Position numbers and translations under genes: made by a program
In this document: positions 20,031-30,522 of the stretch, piece after piece
Layout: every line of letters begins with the position of its first letter
Position numbering within the stretch: position 1 is the first letter of the stretch
The notes under the pieces: generated by a model
Told to the model about the DNA's origin: nothing
The model's database searches: none
The model's input: the letters and a program-made list of their open reading frames with translations, nothing else
Source: Dehalococcoidia bacterium
GTDB taxonomy: Bacteria; Chloroflexota; Dehalococcoidia; Plut-88900
Assembly: GCA_965249275.1 (NCBI GenBank)
Contig: CBDFLQ010000007.1
Span: forward strand, 896,001-960,000
Direction: 5' to 3'
DNA: 64,000 bases

Positions 20031-20359
20031 GAGAAAGAGGGTGTTGGATACTTCGGCGGGGACGCTAGTCTCGGCTTCCACTGACGCTCGCTGGCTGCGT
20101 CTTGGAATACGCTTGTTTCTCCCTCAGAGAGTAAGTCTACCCCAACACCTTGGATCGGCGGGCGGAGGAGGCCTGGAAACAATTTGAGAAGGCGACGGAG
20201 GTTGCTGTTCGGCAGACATACGAAGAAACCGGAATCATAATGGATCCTCGCTTTGTCTTTTACGATAACAGACACAACGCCCACATATGGGTAGGCACTC
20301 CTATCACCTACTCTTCCAAACTAAGCAATGGCCGGTGGTTCACGGTAGACCAACTGCCC

Positions 20360-21600
20360 GATGTGGACGATCTGGGTTGGTTGCCCGACGGTCAACAATT
20401 GGCCGCTATTGGGTCCGATATGCTCCAAGGGATGGCGGTGTGGCAGGCATGGCTTTACGTCCTGGAACCTGGGCAGGCCCAGCAACGTCTGACCGACGAT
20501 ATCGTGCGTCCCTATCTAACCTTCGCCACCGTCAGCAGACCTCCGGAATTGCGTTGGACCGAGGACGGCCGCATCTTGTTCCTGGGAGACCAGAGGGGAG
20601 AATCAAAGCTGTTCGAAGTACCGGCCTCCGGCGGGCGCTGCCGCCAGGTGGCTGGCGGTGGTTGGCAAAGCAGCAGCATTAGCATTGATGAGAACGTACA
20701 GGCAGCGGTGGTGCTCTCCTCCTACCCATGGTCCCCCAATGAACTTTATTATCTCGATCTGGTGTCGACGGTCAACGAACAACTGACTCATTACAGCGAC
20801 GAGTACCTAACGAATCGCCCGCCCGCCCGTATGGAAAAATTCGCTGTCCAGCGGGAAAGACTACAACTGGACTGCCGGTTGTGGTTGCCTCAGGGGTTTG
20901 ACCGCAGCCGGCAGTACCCTATGGTGCTGGATATACAGGTGGGCCCAACGGTGCTTTTTACGATTCCTTCACGCCATTGCAGCAGATCCTGGTTACTTCG
21001 GGTTACCTGGTCCTGGCGGTCAATCCTCGGGGGTCTTCGACCTACCGCAAAGATTTCATGATGTCGGTGTTGGGAGATTGGGGAGGGGAAGACTATCAGG
21101 ACTTGATGGCGGCGGTGGATGAGGTAGCGGCCCGGCCGTACGTGGATGAAGGTCGGCTGGGGGTCTGCGGGTATAGCTACGGCGGCTTCATGACCAGTTG
21201 GATCATCAGCCACAATGACCGGTTCAAGGCTGCGGTGGTTGGCGCTCCCTGCACAGACCTGTACAGCATGTACGGGACCTCGGACATTGGAGTAAGTTTC
21301 GGTGAGGACCAATGGGGCGGGAGCTTGGTGGACGCAGCCGAGAAACTGATCAAACACTCGCCCATTACCTACGCAAGCAAGGTCAACACCCCGGTGGTGC
21401 TGTTGCACGGAGAGGCCGACGCTCGGTGTCCGGTGGCTCAAAGCGAAGAGTACTTCGTGGTCTTAAAGCGGCTGGGAAAACAGGTGGAGTTCGTCCGGTT
21501 CCCGGAGTGCAACCACCTCTTTCTTAGGACCGGCCATCCCAAGATGCGGGAGGAATATTTGGCCCGCACTGTGGGGTGGTTTCAGAAGTGGCTGGGGTAG
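20360..21600 (+). pseudogene. S9 family (acylaminoacyl/prolyl oligo)peptidase, 5'-truncated and frameshifted
   Basis: Propeller remnant, YP.VLDI(H)GGP broken by a frameshift near 20940, catalytic GYSYGG, HGE.D.RCP and H intact downstream. Confidence 0.85.
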
Positions 21601-21644
21601 TTAAACTGGCGTCTGAAGCCGGCGTTGACTGACGTGGTGGGAAA

Positions 21645-23768
21645 TTATGCTCCCGCGGCTTGTCTCCCCACCACTGGGTCTTCTTCAGCAGGCCGCAACG
21701 ATGCCACGCCGTCAACTTGCAGCCGGGCCAGCTCTTCCAGCGGAATGTGGCAATAGATCACGTGATCTCCACCGTTCGAGGTGAGCGCGGGCGGCGGAGT
21801 ATCGTCGCATATAGCTCCGATCTTTCGAGGACAACGCGCGGCGAAGAAGCAACCCTGAAACTGATCCCTCATGGTAGGCACGAACCCCGGCAGCCGGATC
21901 GTGGTTGGCTGAGCATCGGGATCGGGGACCGGCGCCGACGACATCAAAGCCTCGGTGTAGGGGTGGGACGGCATCGCAAGCACGTTCTTGGCCGGCCCCG
22001 ACTCGGCAACGTGCCCTGCGTAGAGCACCAGGATATCGTCGGCGAGGTACCGCACCACGCCCAGATCGTGGGTGATGAACACGTAGGACGTGTTCGTTTC
22101 CTGCTGGTGGGACCGTAGCAAGTTCAGTACTTGAGCCTGGACGGACACATCCAGGGCGGAGACGGCCTCGTCGGCAACGACAATGTCCGGCGAAGCGGCG
22201 AAAGCCCCGGCCAGTGCCACGCGCTGTTGCTCTCCCCCGCTCAGCTCCCCCGGATGCCGGTTTAAGTACCCTGGGTCCAACCCCACGGCTTGTAACAATT
22301 CCCCAGCACGCTGTCGGCTCTCCCGTTTATTCAGGCCGGAGAACTTGCGCAGGGATCGAATGATGGCGTGGCGGACGGCAAGTTTTGGATTAAGCGAGGC
22401 GGTCGGGTTCTGGAATACCATGCGCATGGCCGCTTGTTGAGTTCGGGTCCTATTGCCGACGTCGGGCGCCAGTTCCTGATCCTGTAGCTGGAGCTTGCCC
22501 CGGTCCCGAGGCACCAGCCCCACGATGGCCCGGGCAACCGTAGTCTTGCCGGAGCCGCTTTCACCCACGATCCCCAATGTCCGTCCCAGCCCGACGTTGA
22601 AGTCAACTTCATTAACGGCGCGGACCGGCGGCCGGACTCGGGGGCCAAAAAATAGGTACTTGCGTCCCCAACTACCGTAGAAACGGCGGAGACCTCTTGC
22701 CGACAACACTGGTTCTTCTTGGGCGCGACCTATTTCCACGTTGGTCTTCTGTTCACCCCAAATGTCCCGATTAACATCACCCGAATACAAGCAACGAGAG
22801 AGGTGCCCAGAGCCTGTGTCAACGACTGGCGGGGCCTGGCTCCCGCACGATTCCTGGGCTATGGGACACCGCGACATGAAGAGACATGCGTCTGGTGCAG
22901 GTTGGGCGGCAGAAAAGACCACACCCGGGATACTACTGAGCTGAACGGTGGCCCCCGCTTCTGTTGGAGGCGTAGGCACACAACTCAGCAGCCCTCGCGT
23001 GTAGGGATGTTTGGGGGACTTGAACAGCTCCCGCACTGGGGACTCTTCCACAGTCTCGCCAGCGTACATCACTGCGACCCGGTCGGCCACGGCTGCGATC
23101 ACGCCCAGGTTGTGGGTCACGTACAAAATGCCGGCGTTGATCCGCTGCTTCAAGTCCGACACCAGTTCCAGGATAGTCGCTTCCGTGGTGACGTCCAGGC
23201 CCGTCGTAGGTTCGTCCATGATCAGCAGGTCCGGCTCACAGGCTAACGCCATGGCGATGACCACCCGCTGCTGTTGGCCCCCGCTGAGTTCGTGGGGATA
23301 CCGCCGCCCAATCGACTCGGGGTCCGCCAATCGCACGCTTTCGAACAACTCGACAATGCGGCGGCGGGACTCCTCACTGTCCATATGCTGGTGTTGGCTG
23401 AGCACCTCATGAATCTGTGAATCCACCCTCATGGTTGGGTTCAGGGACGTTGCAGGGTCTTGGTAGACCATCGCTATGCGGTTGCCCCGCAAATGGCGCA
23501 GTTCCGACGCGCCCATTTGCGCAACATCCCGGCCTTCGAACAGTATCCGGCCGTCTACCCGTGTAATGCCCGGCAGGTAGCCCATGACGGCGAAGGCAGT
23601 GGTCGACTTGCCGCATCCCGACTCGCCGACGACTCCCATCACCTCGCCTCGATGCACCTCCAGCGACGCATCTCTGACCGCGCGGACGGTGCCCCGGGGC
23701 GTGAAGAAGGTAACGCCCAGATTTTCCACTTGGAGCAGTGGCGTTCCATGGTTTGCCTGGCTGCTCAC
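21645..23768 (-). CDS. Peptide/nickel ABC transporter fused double ATPase (DppD-DppF type)
   Basis: Two Walker A (GESGCGKST, GESGSGKTT), two LSGG signatures, HPYT C-terminal domains; GTG start overlaps the permease stop. Confidence 0.93.
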   Translation of the reverse strand: MSSQANHGTPLLQVENLGVTFFTPRGTVRAVRDASLEVHRGEVMGVVGESGCGKSTTAFAVMGYLPGITRVDGRILFEGRDVAQMGASELRHLRGNRIAMVYQDPATSLNPTMRVDSQIHEVLSQHQHMDSEESRRRIVELFESVRLADPESIGRRYPHELSGGQQQRVVIAMALACEPDLLIMDEPTTGLDVTTEATILELVSDLKQRINAGILYVTHNLGVIAAVADRVAVMYAGETVEESPVRELFKSPKHPYTRGLLSCVPTPPTEAGATVQLSSIPGVVFSAAQPAPDACLFMSRCPIAQESCGSQAPPVVDTGSGHLSRCLYSGDVNRDIWGEQKTNVEIGRAQEEPVLSARGLRRFYGSWGRKYLFFGPRVRPPVRAVNEVDFNVGLGRTLGIVGESGSGKTTVARAIVGLVPRDRGKLQLQDQELAPDVGNRTRTQQAAMRMVFQNPTASLNPKLAVRHAIIRSLRKFSGLNKRESRQRAGELLQAVGLDPGYLNRHPGELSGGEQQRVALAGAFAASPDIVVADEAVSALDVSVQAQVLNLLRSHQQETNTSYVFITHDLGVVRYLADDILVLYAGHVAESGPAKNVLAMPSHPYTEALMSSAPVPDPDAQPTTIRLPGFVPTMRDQFQGCFFAARCPRKIGAICDDTPPPALTSNGGDHVIYCHIPLEELARLQVDGVASLRPAEEDPVVGRQAAGA

Positions 23769-24739
23769 CTGATGATCTCCCTTGGCAAACCACTGGCCTG
23801 TTTGATGCCGTCGGTCAGGAGATTTACGCCCACCACCAAGGTGGCTACTGCTCCGGCGGGCGCCAGTGTCATCCACGGCGCAGCGACTATGAACTGCCGG
23901 CCCTCTCCGATCATAAGGCCCCAGTCCGGCGATGGCGGTTGAACGCCTAGGCCGAGGAATCCCAAGGAGGACACTATTAGGATCGAGTAGCTGAGCCGCA
24001 CCGAGAGTTCAACGGCCAGGACCGGCAGGGCGTTAGGCAGAATCTCTCTGAAGATAATATAAGGAGCATTCTCTCCCCGCAGACGCGCACTCATCACGAA
24101 TTCCTGATTCTTGACCTTTAGCGTGACGCTTCGCAGCACCCGAGAAATGCCCGGCGCATGGACAACGCCGACGGTGAGCACGATCAGTAAGGCCTCCCAG
24201 TTATCGTCCAGCCACCCCCACGGGGCTTCCCGAGTGCCCAGGGTTGTCAGTACCAAAAGCGCCAGTAGCAACCCCGGGAAGGCCAGCCCTCCGTCCATGA
24301 CGCGCATCACCACTTCGTCCACCCGGCCTCCCTTGTAGCCGCTGGTCATCCCTATCACCGTGCCCAAGAAAATCCCCAGCAGGGCACCGGTCAACGAAAT
24401 CGTTATCAGCGAGCCTGCCCCGGACAACACGCGGCTGAAAACGTCGCGTCCGAACTGGTCCGTTCCCAACAAGTAGGTCCAGTTCGGCCCCGAGAGCCGG
24501 TCCGCAGTGGGAAAATCTGGAGGCAGATGGAATTCACCGAAGGGATAAGGGGCCACCATGGAACCGAAAATCGCCACGAACACGTGGATCAGTACGATGA
24601 CCAGCCCGATGCGTCCCGCCGTCGTGGACAGGGAAAGCCGCAAAAACTCTCGGATCCCCCGGCCCGTGGCGAAAAACGCTGGCTGGGCGGCAGTGGGCAC
24701 GCCAACGCGAAGCCTACTTGTGGTAAACCGCACCGCCAT
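23765..24739 (-). CDS. Peptide ABC transporter permease (DppC/OppC type)
   Basis: LGTDQFGRDVFSR, EFV.SAR..G, LGFLGLG.QPP.PDWG. Confidence 0.93.
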   Translation of the reverse strand: MAVRFTTSRLRVGVPTAAQPAFFATGRGIREFLRLSLSTTAGRIGLVIVLIHVFVAIFGSMVAPYPFGEFHLPPDFPTADRLSGPNWTYLLGTDQFGRDVFSRVLSGAGSLITISLTGALLGIFLGTVIGMTSGYKGGRVDEVVMRVMDGGLAFPGLLLALLVLTTLGTREAPWGWLDDNWEALLIVLTVGVVHAPGISRVLRSVTLKVKNQEFVMSARLRGENAPYIIFREILPNALPVLAVELSVRLSYSILIVSSLGFLGLGVQPPSPDWGLMIGEGRQFIVAAPWMTLAPAGAVATLVVGVNLLTDGIKQASGLPREIIR

Positions 24740-26727
24740 TAGGTGTACCTTATCCGTGGGTCTAGGACGGCGTAGCTCAGGTCTGCCAACAGGGTGCTAA
24801 CGGTATAGGTCACAGCGATGAGCAGCGAAAGGGCCTGCAACAAGGGAATGTCACGGGTCTGGACCGAGCTCAATAGCAGTTGCCCCAGGCCAGGATAGGC
24901 GAACACATTCTCAACGATGATGAGCCCAGCCAAAAGCCACCCGGTCATCGTAGCAACGATGCTTATAGTGGGGAGCATCGCATTGGGAACGACATGCCGA
25001 AATATGACCTTCCGCATCGGAAGGCCCTTCAGGATCGCTGTCCGCACGTAGGGGCTCTCCATCACCTCGTTCACGTTGGCACGAGTCATTCTCATAATGT
25101 AGGCGAATACCACGCCGGTCAGGGTGAGGGTCGGCAGCACCAAGATCTCCGGTTTGGTTAAGGGACTTTCCCCCCGGGGTATGGCGCTGGTGGTCGGTAA
25201 CCAGCCCAACTGCGAGGAAAAGATGACCATCAACACCACCCCAGTCACAAACTCCGGCAGCGATATCCCTACCATACCGACAGCGCTGATTATGCGGTCG
25301 CCTATGGTGTTGGGGCGCACCCCGGCCCATGTACCTACAAGGACCGCAGCGGGGACCGCTATCAGAAAAGCAAACGACGCAAGATATATGGACGGCAACA
25401 ACCGGTGCGCGATAACGTCTGTAACGGGCCGTCTCTGCAGCAAAGAATCGCCGAAGTCGCCCCCCAGCGCACCCGATCGCCAGACGGTATCGTCGGAGGC
25501 AGCCCAGGCGCTGACGTCGCCGGACTCGCTTACGTGGATGGCAAGGTCATTCAGTGGCCTGGCCGTGAGCACTCTCTGATCTGCGTTCGTCCCCTGCCGA
25601 TCCTCAAAGATCGCCTGGCGGCTCCAGAAGGCGCCCCCGTCGCTGGTTGTCAGAACCGTCCCCTTGCTTCCGACTATGACGCCGTCGGCGCCGTCGAAGG
25701 AGACAGCATGAAGCGCACTCTTTAGAGACGTACCGATGGTACGACTGGCCCAGGTGACGCCACCGTCTGCGCTATACAGTGCCGTTCCACCATCACCAAC
25801 CGCCCACACGGCCGCGTGGCGGTCAAAGCCCTGGGGCGCTGCGTCCAATACAAAGTCGACAGCGTTCAGTGTCGATGTCGTGCCTGCGTCTGAGCTTTGC
25901 CAGGTCCTGCCACCATCTACGGTCACCAGGATCGTGCCGCTTTCCCCGACAACGATGCCTTGCTCAGCGTTGGCAAAGACCACCGAAAAAAGCGTCACGT
26001 CGACACCTGTGTCCGCCGTATCCCAGCTCAAACCGCCATCGGTGGAGCGTAGTACGAGCCCCTTCTCTCCGGTTATCCAGAGGCGATTGGAGTCCGCGAA
26101 GGCGATGTCGGTAAGCGTCGATGTCGTTCCGCTCTCCACAGGAGCCCAAGTCGAGAGTACCCCATCTTGACATACCACATTCACAGCTGCAGCGCCTTCA
26201 CATTCTACCTGCTGCCCATCCTCCTCCAACGGGACCCCACCCGCCCCGGTGCGGTAGATCGTGCCTTCCTCTCCGATGGCAATTCCACTCTCATCATCTA
26301 TGAATTCGATGGCCGTCAGCGGATGCTCCACTTCAATCTGTCTGATCCACTGCACCCCGCCGTCTTCGGTGTTGTAAATGCGGTTCCTAGAAACAGCCCA
26401 TCCCAGTTTGGAAGATACGAAGGTGGGAGTGGTTACGATGGGATTCTGGCTCACCCGCTTCCAGGTTGCTCCGCCGTCGCTGGTCCTGAACAATGCTCCT
26501 TCCCTCTTGGTCCACCCGACAAGCCAAGTTGCGAACCGCTCGGGAGCGGGGCGGTCCAAGCCCATCTGTTCCCTTAGGTACTTGATATTATCGTCCGTTC
26601 CATACAGCCCCATCATTATCTGCGCCGCATCACCCGGCAGTAGCTCTGTGACGCCGAATATGACCACGGAGACAACGAAGAGGGTGATTACTATCAACCC
26701 TAGGCGTACCGTTATGAAACGTAACAT
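24739..26727 (-). CDS. Peptide ABC permease (DppB/OppB type) with inserted BNR/Asp-box beta-propeller
   Basis: N-terminal LPGD.A...G...R...GLDRP and C-terminal GDFG.S, YVRTA..KGL, RD.P..Q flank six [ST]xDGGxxW-type repeats. Confidence 0.9.
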   Translation of the reverse strand: MLRFITVRLGLIVITLFVVSVVIFGVTELLPGDAAQIMMGLYGTDDNIKYLREQMGLDRPAPERFATWLVGWTKREGALFRTSDGGATWKRVSQNPIVTTPTFVSSKLGWAVSRNRIYNTEDGGVQWIRQIEVEHPLTAIEFIDDESGIAIGEEGTIYRTGAGGVPLEEDGQQVECEGAAAVNVVCQDGVLSTWAPVESGTTSTLTDIAFADSNRLWITGEKGLVLRSTDGGLSWDTADTGVDVTLFSVVFANAEQGIVVGESGTILVTVDGGRTWQSSDAGTTSTLNAVDFVLDAAPQGFDRHAAVWAVGDGGTALYSADGGVTWASRTIGTSLKSALHAVSFDGADGVIVGSKGTVLTTSDGGAFWSRQAIFEDRQGTNADQRVLTARPLNDLAIHVSESGDVSAWAASDDTVWRSGALGGDFGDSLLQRRPVTDVIAHRLLPSIYLASFAFLIAVPAAVLVGTWAGVRPNTIGDRIISAVGMVGISLPEFVTGVVLMVIFSSQLGWLPTTSAIPRGESPLTKPEILVLPTLTLTGVVFAYIMRMTRANVNEVMESPYVRTAILKGLPMRKVIFRHVVPNAMLPTISIVATMTGWLLAGLIIVENVFAYPGLGQLLLSSVQTRDIPLLQALSLLIAVTYTVSTLLADLSYAVLDPRIRYT

Positions 26728-27037
26728 GTGCTCAACAGCCTATCAGTAGCCTCTGAGAAGCGGGGCCGGCGGATGGAGTAACCAAGTGCAAACTGGCGAT
26801 CTTAAATCGCCGGGAGGTTTTATCTCTTTGGAGGACAATCGTGTCACATGGCGAATTTGTAGAGGGGTTTAAGAGGAGATATCCAAGCGGCGGTCTGCTT
26901 TCCAGCCACCAAGGAGTCGTCGAAAGTTAGCCCGATTCAACGCTATCAGGCTATCGGGAAATTGTCAATTTAGAATGTTTGACAAAGAATTAGATGCGTT
27001 TGCCCTGTACCATTTTTAGTAAGAGAATAAGGCTTAG

Positions 27038-27066
27038 TTGACACCCCCTCCCCCGTGTGATAGCTT
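27038..27066 (+). promoter_or_regulatory. sigma70-type promoter upstream of the substrate-binding protein gene
   Basis: TTGACA-17 nt-TAGCTT with TGn extension. Confidence 0.55.
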
Positions 27067-27271
27067 TCGGAAACTGGTCGGCCGCTTAATGGCACACCGC
27101 TCCTAAAATAGACAAGTGACGATCGGCAAGTCCGTGATGTTCGGCTAAAAATCCCCCCAATGGGCCCCCTCTAGTGAGGGGGTTGGGAGGATTTTCATCC
27201 GTCGGTGGCGCCCCAGCTGGGGCATGAGAACGGCAAACAGTACGTTTGCCGCCCAATGGGAGGAGACCGTC

Positions 27272-29191
27272 ATGAGATCCAAGATAGCTAGTCTGCATCC
27301 ATTCTTGCTCCTGCTCGCCGTGGCACTGGTATCCGTCCTCTTCGTCGTAGCATGTGGCGATGGCGATCCCGAGCCCACTGCAGCACCCGTCGACACAGGG
27401 GCCGCGGAAGCTGCCGCAGAAGCCGCCGCTGCTGCCGAAGCCGCAGAGGCGGCCGTTTTAGAGGCAGAGGCCACACTGTCAGAGGCAGCAATGGCCGCGG
27501 AAGCCGCAGCTAAGGCTGCTGAGGAAGCTGTCGCCTTTGCCGCAGAGCTCGCTGCCGCTGCCCAGGCTGCCGCAGAGGCCGCCGGCACCGCTGATTCCGC
27601 GGCAGTTATGGCCGCCCAAGAGGCCGCCGCTCAGGCCGTGGCCGCTGCCGAAGCCGCTGCCGCCCAAGTTACCGAGCTAGCGATGGCCGCCGCAGAAGCT
27701 CAAGCCGAGGCCGCCGAGCTAGCCGCTGCCGCCGCAGAGGCCGCCGCACAGGCTGGGGCGCCGAAGTACGGTGGCACGCTGACATTTGCGCAACACCAAG
27801 CCACCGGGACGCTGGACCCGGCCACTAGTCTGGGCGGGGTTGAGTACATCGTTATGCTAGCAGTCTATGACAATCTGCTCATGATCCAGCCGGACTTAAC
27901 GGTGAAGCCAGAGCTGGCCACGTCATGGGAGGCCAACGACGACTTCTCGTCCTACACCTTCTACTTGCGCGAGGGCGTGAAGTTCCGCCACGGGAAGGAG
28001 TTCAAAGCGGAGGACGTAGTCTTCACCATCAACCGGCTGCTGGACCCGGAGCTGGACTCTCGAGCGCGGCCCATCTTCGAGGTTATCCAGGACATGGTCG
28101 TCCTCGACGACTACACCATCCGCTTCGACCTGGAAGGCCCCAACGGGTTCTTCCTGGATATCCTATCGGAACCACTAGCGCATATCCTCCCTGCCGACAT
28201 AGATGTCGAGCGTTTGGCCCAGGAGGAGTTCGGCACTGGGCCCTTCATGATTGAGGAGCGCCTGCCGGGCGAACGCACGACGCTGGTGCGTAATCCCGAC
28301 TACTGGGAGGAGGGCAAGCCCTACCTGGACGAGATTGTCATCCAGGCGATCCCCGAGGCCGCTGCCCGGGTGGAGGCGCTCAAGAACGGCGACGTGGACA
28401 TCGTATGGCAGGTGAATCCCCAGAGCGTCCCCAGTATCGCGGCCAATCCCGAGACCACGGTGTTGAACGCGGCCAGCTTCTCCCATCTTGCGCTGTGTAT
28501 ACCCACCAACGTGCCGCCCTTCGACGACAAGCTGGTCCGGAAGGCCATGCAAGCGGCGACGGACCGGGAAGGCATCAACCAAGCGGTGCTGCTCGGGCTG
28601 GGCATCCCCGCCCGCGACCACCCCATTCACCCCAGCCACGCCGTCTTCGCGTCGCAGTATGCACCCCCGGATTACGACCCCGAACTGGCGAGGTCGCTGC
28701 TGGAGCAGGCCGGGTACCCGGACGGGATCGACTTCACCCTGTACACATCCGACATCGGTCCAGGGTTGATCGAATTGGCGGTGGCATACAAAGAGAGTGC
28801 TGCGCCCGCGGGCATCCGGATCGACGTCGAGCGGGCGCCATCGGAGGTATACTGGTCACAGGTCTGGAATACTGGGAAGTTGGCCTCCGTCTATTGGTTC
28901 GGCTTCATGCCGGACCAAGCCCTGCTCAGGCAGATCCACAGCGAGGCCGCTTTTAACTGTCCGCGTTACTCCAACCCGGTGGTGGACGAGCTGATCGAAA
29001 AGGCCAGGGGGCAGGACCTTGAGGGCCAGAAGGAGAGCTACGGGGAGATCCAGCGCATTCTGATCGATGACGTTCCGCGTTTGATCGTGGTGTTCCAGCC
29101 GTGGATATACGGCGTGAATAAGGACCTGCGGGGTGTAGCCCCCCATCCGCGGGGATTTGCGATCATCCAGGACGCCTGGTTCGACCGATAA
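27272..29191 (+). CDS. Family 5 ABC substrate-binding lipoprotein with long Ala/Glu-rich linker
   Basis: SD GGAGGAG, lipobox FVVAC, about 120-aa Ala-rich stretch, then PKYGGTL, LR.GVKF.HG, GTGPF. Confidence 0.93.
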   Translation: MRSKIASLHPFLLLLAVALVSVLFVVACGDGDPEPTAAPVDTGAAEAAAEAAAAAEAAEAAVLEAEATLSEAAMAAEAAAKAAEEAVAFAAELAAAAQAAAEAAGTADSAAVMAAQEAAAQAVAAAEAAAAQVTELAMAAAEAQAEAAELAAAAAEAAAQAGAPKYGGTLTFAQHQATGTLDPATSLGGVEYIVMLAVYDNLLMIQPDLTVKPELATSWEANDDFSSYTFYLREGVKFRHGKEFKAEDVVFTINRLLDPELDSRARPIFEVIQDMVVLDDYTIRFDLEGPNGFFLDILSEPLAHILPADIDVERLAQEEFGTGPFMIEERLPGERTTLVRNPDYWEEGKPYLDEIVIQAIPEAAARVEALKNGDVDIVWQVNPQSVPSIAANPETTVLNAASFSHLALCIPTNVPPFDDKLVRKAMQAATDREGINQAVLLGLGIPARDHPIHPSHAVFASQYAPPDYDPELARSLLEQAGYPDGIDFTLYTSDIGPGLIELAVAYKESAAPAGIRIDVERAPSEVYWSQVWNTGKLASVYWFGFMPDQALLRQIHSEAAFNCPRYSNPVVDELIEKARGQDLEGQKESYGEIQRILIDDVPRLIVVFQPWIYGVNKDLRGVAPHPRGFAIIQDAWFDR

Positions 29192-29406
29192 GGGGCTGGC
29201 CATCGCGCCCGCGTACTAGCTTTTGGTCTACCGCACCCGGTAGAGGCCACTGGCATAATGGTTGTTGTCAGCTTCTTGGGTACATATGCTTGGACCCGGG
29301 AACAGGTTCGAGTCCCTGTCGGACGGCTCCCAAAAAGGACAAGCGAGGTCCTTAAAGAAGGACGGGCATTCAAAGTTGACTACCGGAGCAAAAAGGAGGG
29401 TGATGC

Positions 29407-30522
29407 GTGGCTGATTACAGGGTCATATCCTCGGATAATCACATCATCGAGCCGGTCGACCTATGGACCAGTAGGGGCGAGTCAAAGTTCAAAGACCGAA
29501 TGCCTCACGTTGAACGTTTGGAAGAGGGCGATTATTGGATTTGCGAGGGCGTGAAAGAAATGAGCATCGCTGCGGGGACGCAGGTCGGACTCAGGTTTGA
29601 AGAGCCGGAAAAGCTGAGATTTGGGGGTGGCAGGACAGAAGATGTGCCCCCAGGGGGTTACATTCCCGAGGAGCACGTCAAAGACATGGATATCGACGGA
29701 ATTGACGTGAGTATCGTCTATCCGACAACCGCTCTTGGGCTCTACAGTGTACCGGACGGCGAGCTACTAAACTCCATATTCAGGACCTACAACGATTGGG
29801 TTGGCGAATTCTGCAGCGCGGTCCCCGAGCGGCTCGAGGGTATCGCAATGATAAATTTGGATGATGTGCGGACCGGTATAAAGGAGGTGGAACGCTGTGC
29901 CAAGCTGGGCCTTGCCGGTGCTGCGATTACCGCCTATCCTCCCCAGGCGCGGCCCTACGACAAGCCGGAGTACGAACCCCTGTGGGCTGCGGCCCAGGAC
30001 TTGGCAATGCCCCTTAGCCTGCACACTGGAACTAATCGTAAGGATGGTTTTGTAAATACCGATACCGTGACGGCCTCTTTTATGACTAACTTTGACTATT
30101 GGGTGCGTATGTCTCTTGGCGATATGATCTTTAGCGGCGTTTTTGAGCGCTATCCGAAACTCCAGGTGGGCTCGATAGAGTATGCGCTAGCCTGGGCTCC
30201 CCACTTCTTGAGCCGGATGGACATAATGTACTCCGAAACAGGCGTAGAGCTCACCCAGGGGTACCGGTTCAAAGGCGATGCGCTTCCCAGCGACTTCTTC
30301 CACGATAACGTGTTCCTTGGCTTCCAGGAAGATGCCTTGGGCATCAGGTTGCGCGACATCATTGGTGTGGACAACCTGCAGTGGGGCGCGGATTATCCTC
30401 ATCCAGAGTCTACCTTCCCCAGAAGCCGTCAAATTATCGAAGAGATTCTGGTGGACTGTACTGAGGAGGAAAGGGCCAAGATAGTGGGCGGCAATGCCGC
30501 CAGAGTGTACGGTCTCAATTAG
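29407..30522 (+). CDS. Amidohydrolase_2 family protein
   Basis: ISSDNHIIEP, YNDW, WGADYPH.ESTFP; SD AAGGAGG. Confidence 0.93.
   Translation: MADYRVISSDNHIIEPVDLWTSRGESKFKDRMPHVERLEEGDYWICEGVKEMSIAAGTQVGLRFEEPEKLRFGGGRTEDVPPGGYIPEEHVKDMDIDGIDVSIVYPTTALGLYSVPDGELLNSIFRTYNDWVGEFCSAVPERLEGIAMINLDDVRTGIKEVERCAKLGLAGAAITAYPPQARPYDKPEYEPLWAAAQDLAMPLSLHTGTNRKDGFVNTDTVTASFMTNFDYWVRMSLGDMIFSGVFERYPKLQVGSIEYALAWAPHFLSRMDIMYSETGVELTQGYRFKGDALPSDFFHDNVFLGFQEDALGIRLRDIIGVDNLQWGADYPHPESTFPRSRQIIEEILVDCTEEERAKIVGGNAARVYGLN

Noticed and set aside
27390-27750. GCC-rich repeats that might be a tandem array or CRISPR
   Set aside because: They are alanine codons of the SBP linker; no repeat-spacer array or cas gene was seen anywhere in the window.
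29302-29319. T-arm-like ACAGGTTCGAGTCCCTGT upstream of the amidohydrolase
   Set aside because: No acceptor, D or anticodon arms can be built and it does not match the 3' end of either tRNA in the window.
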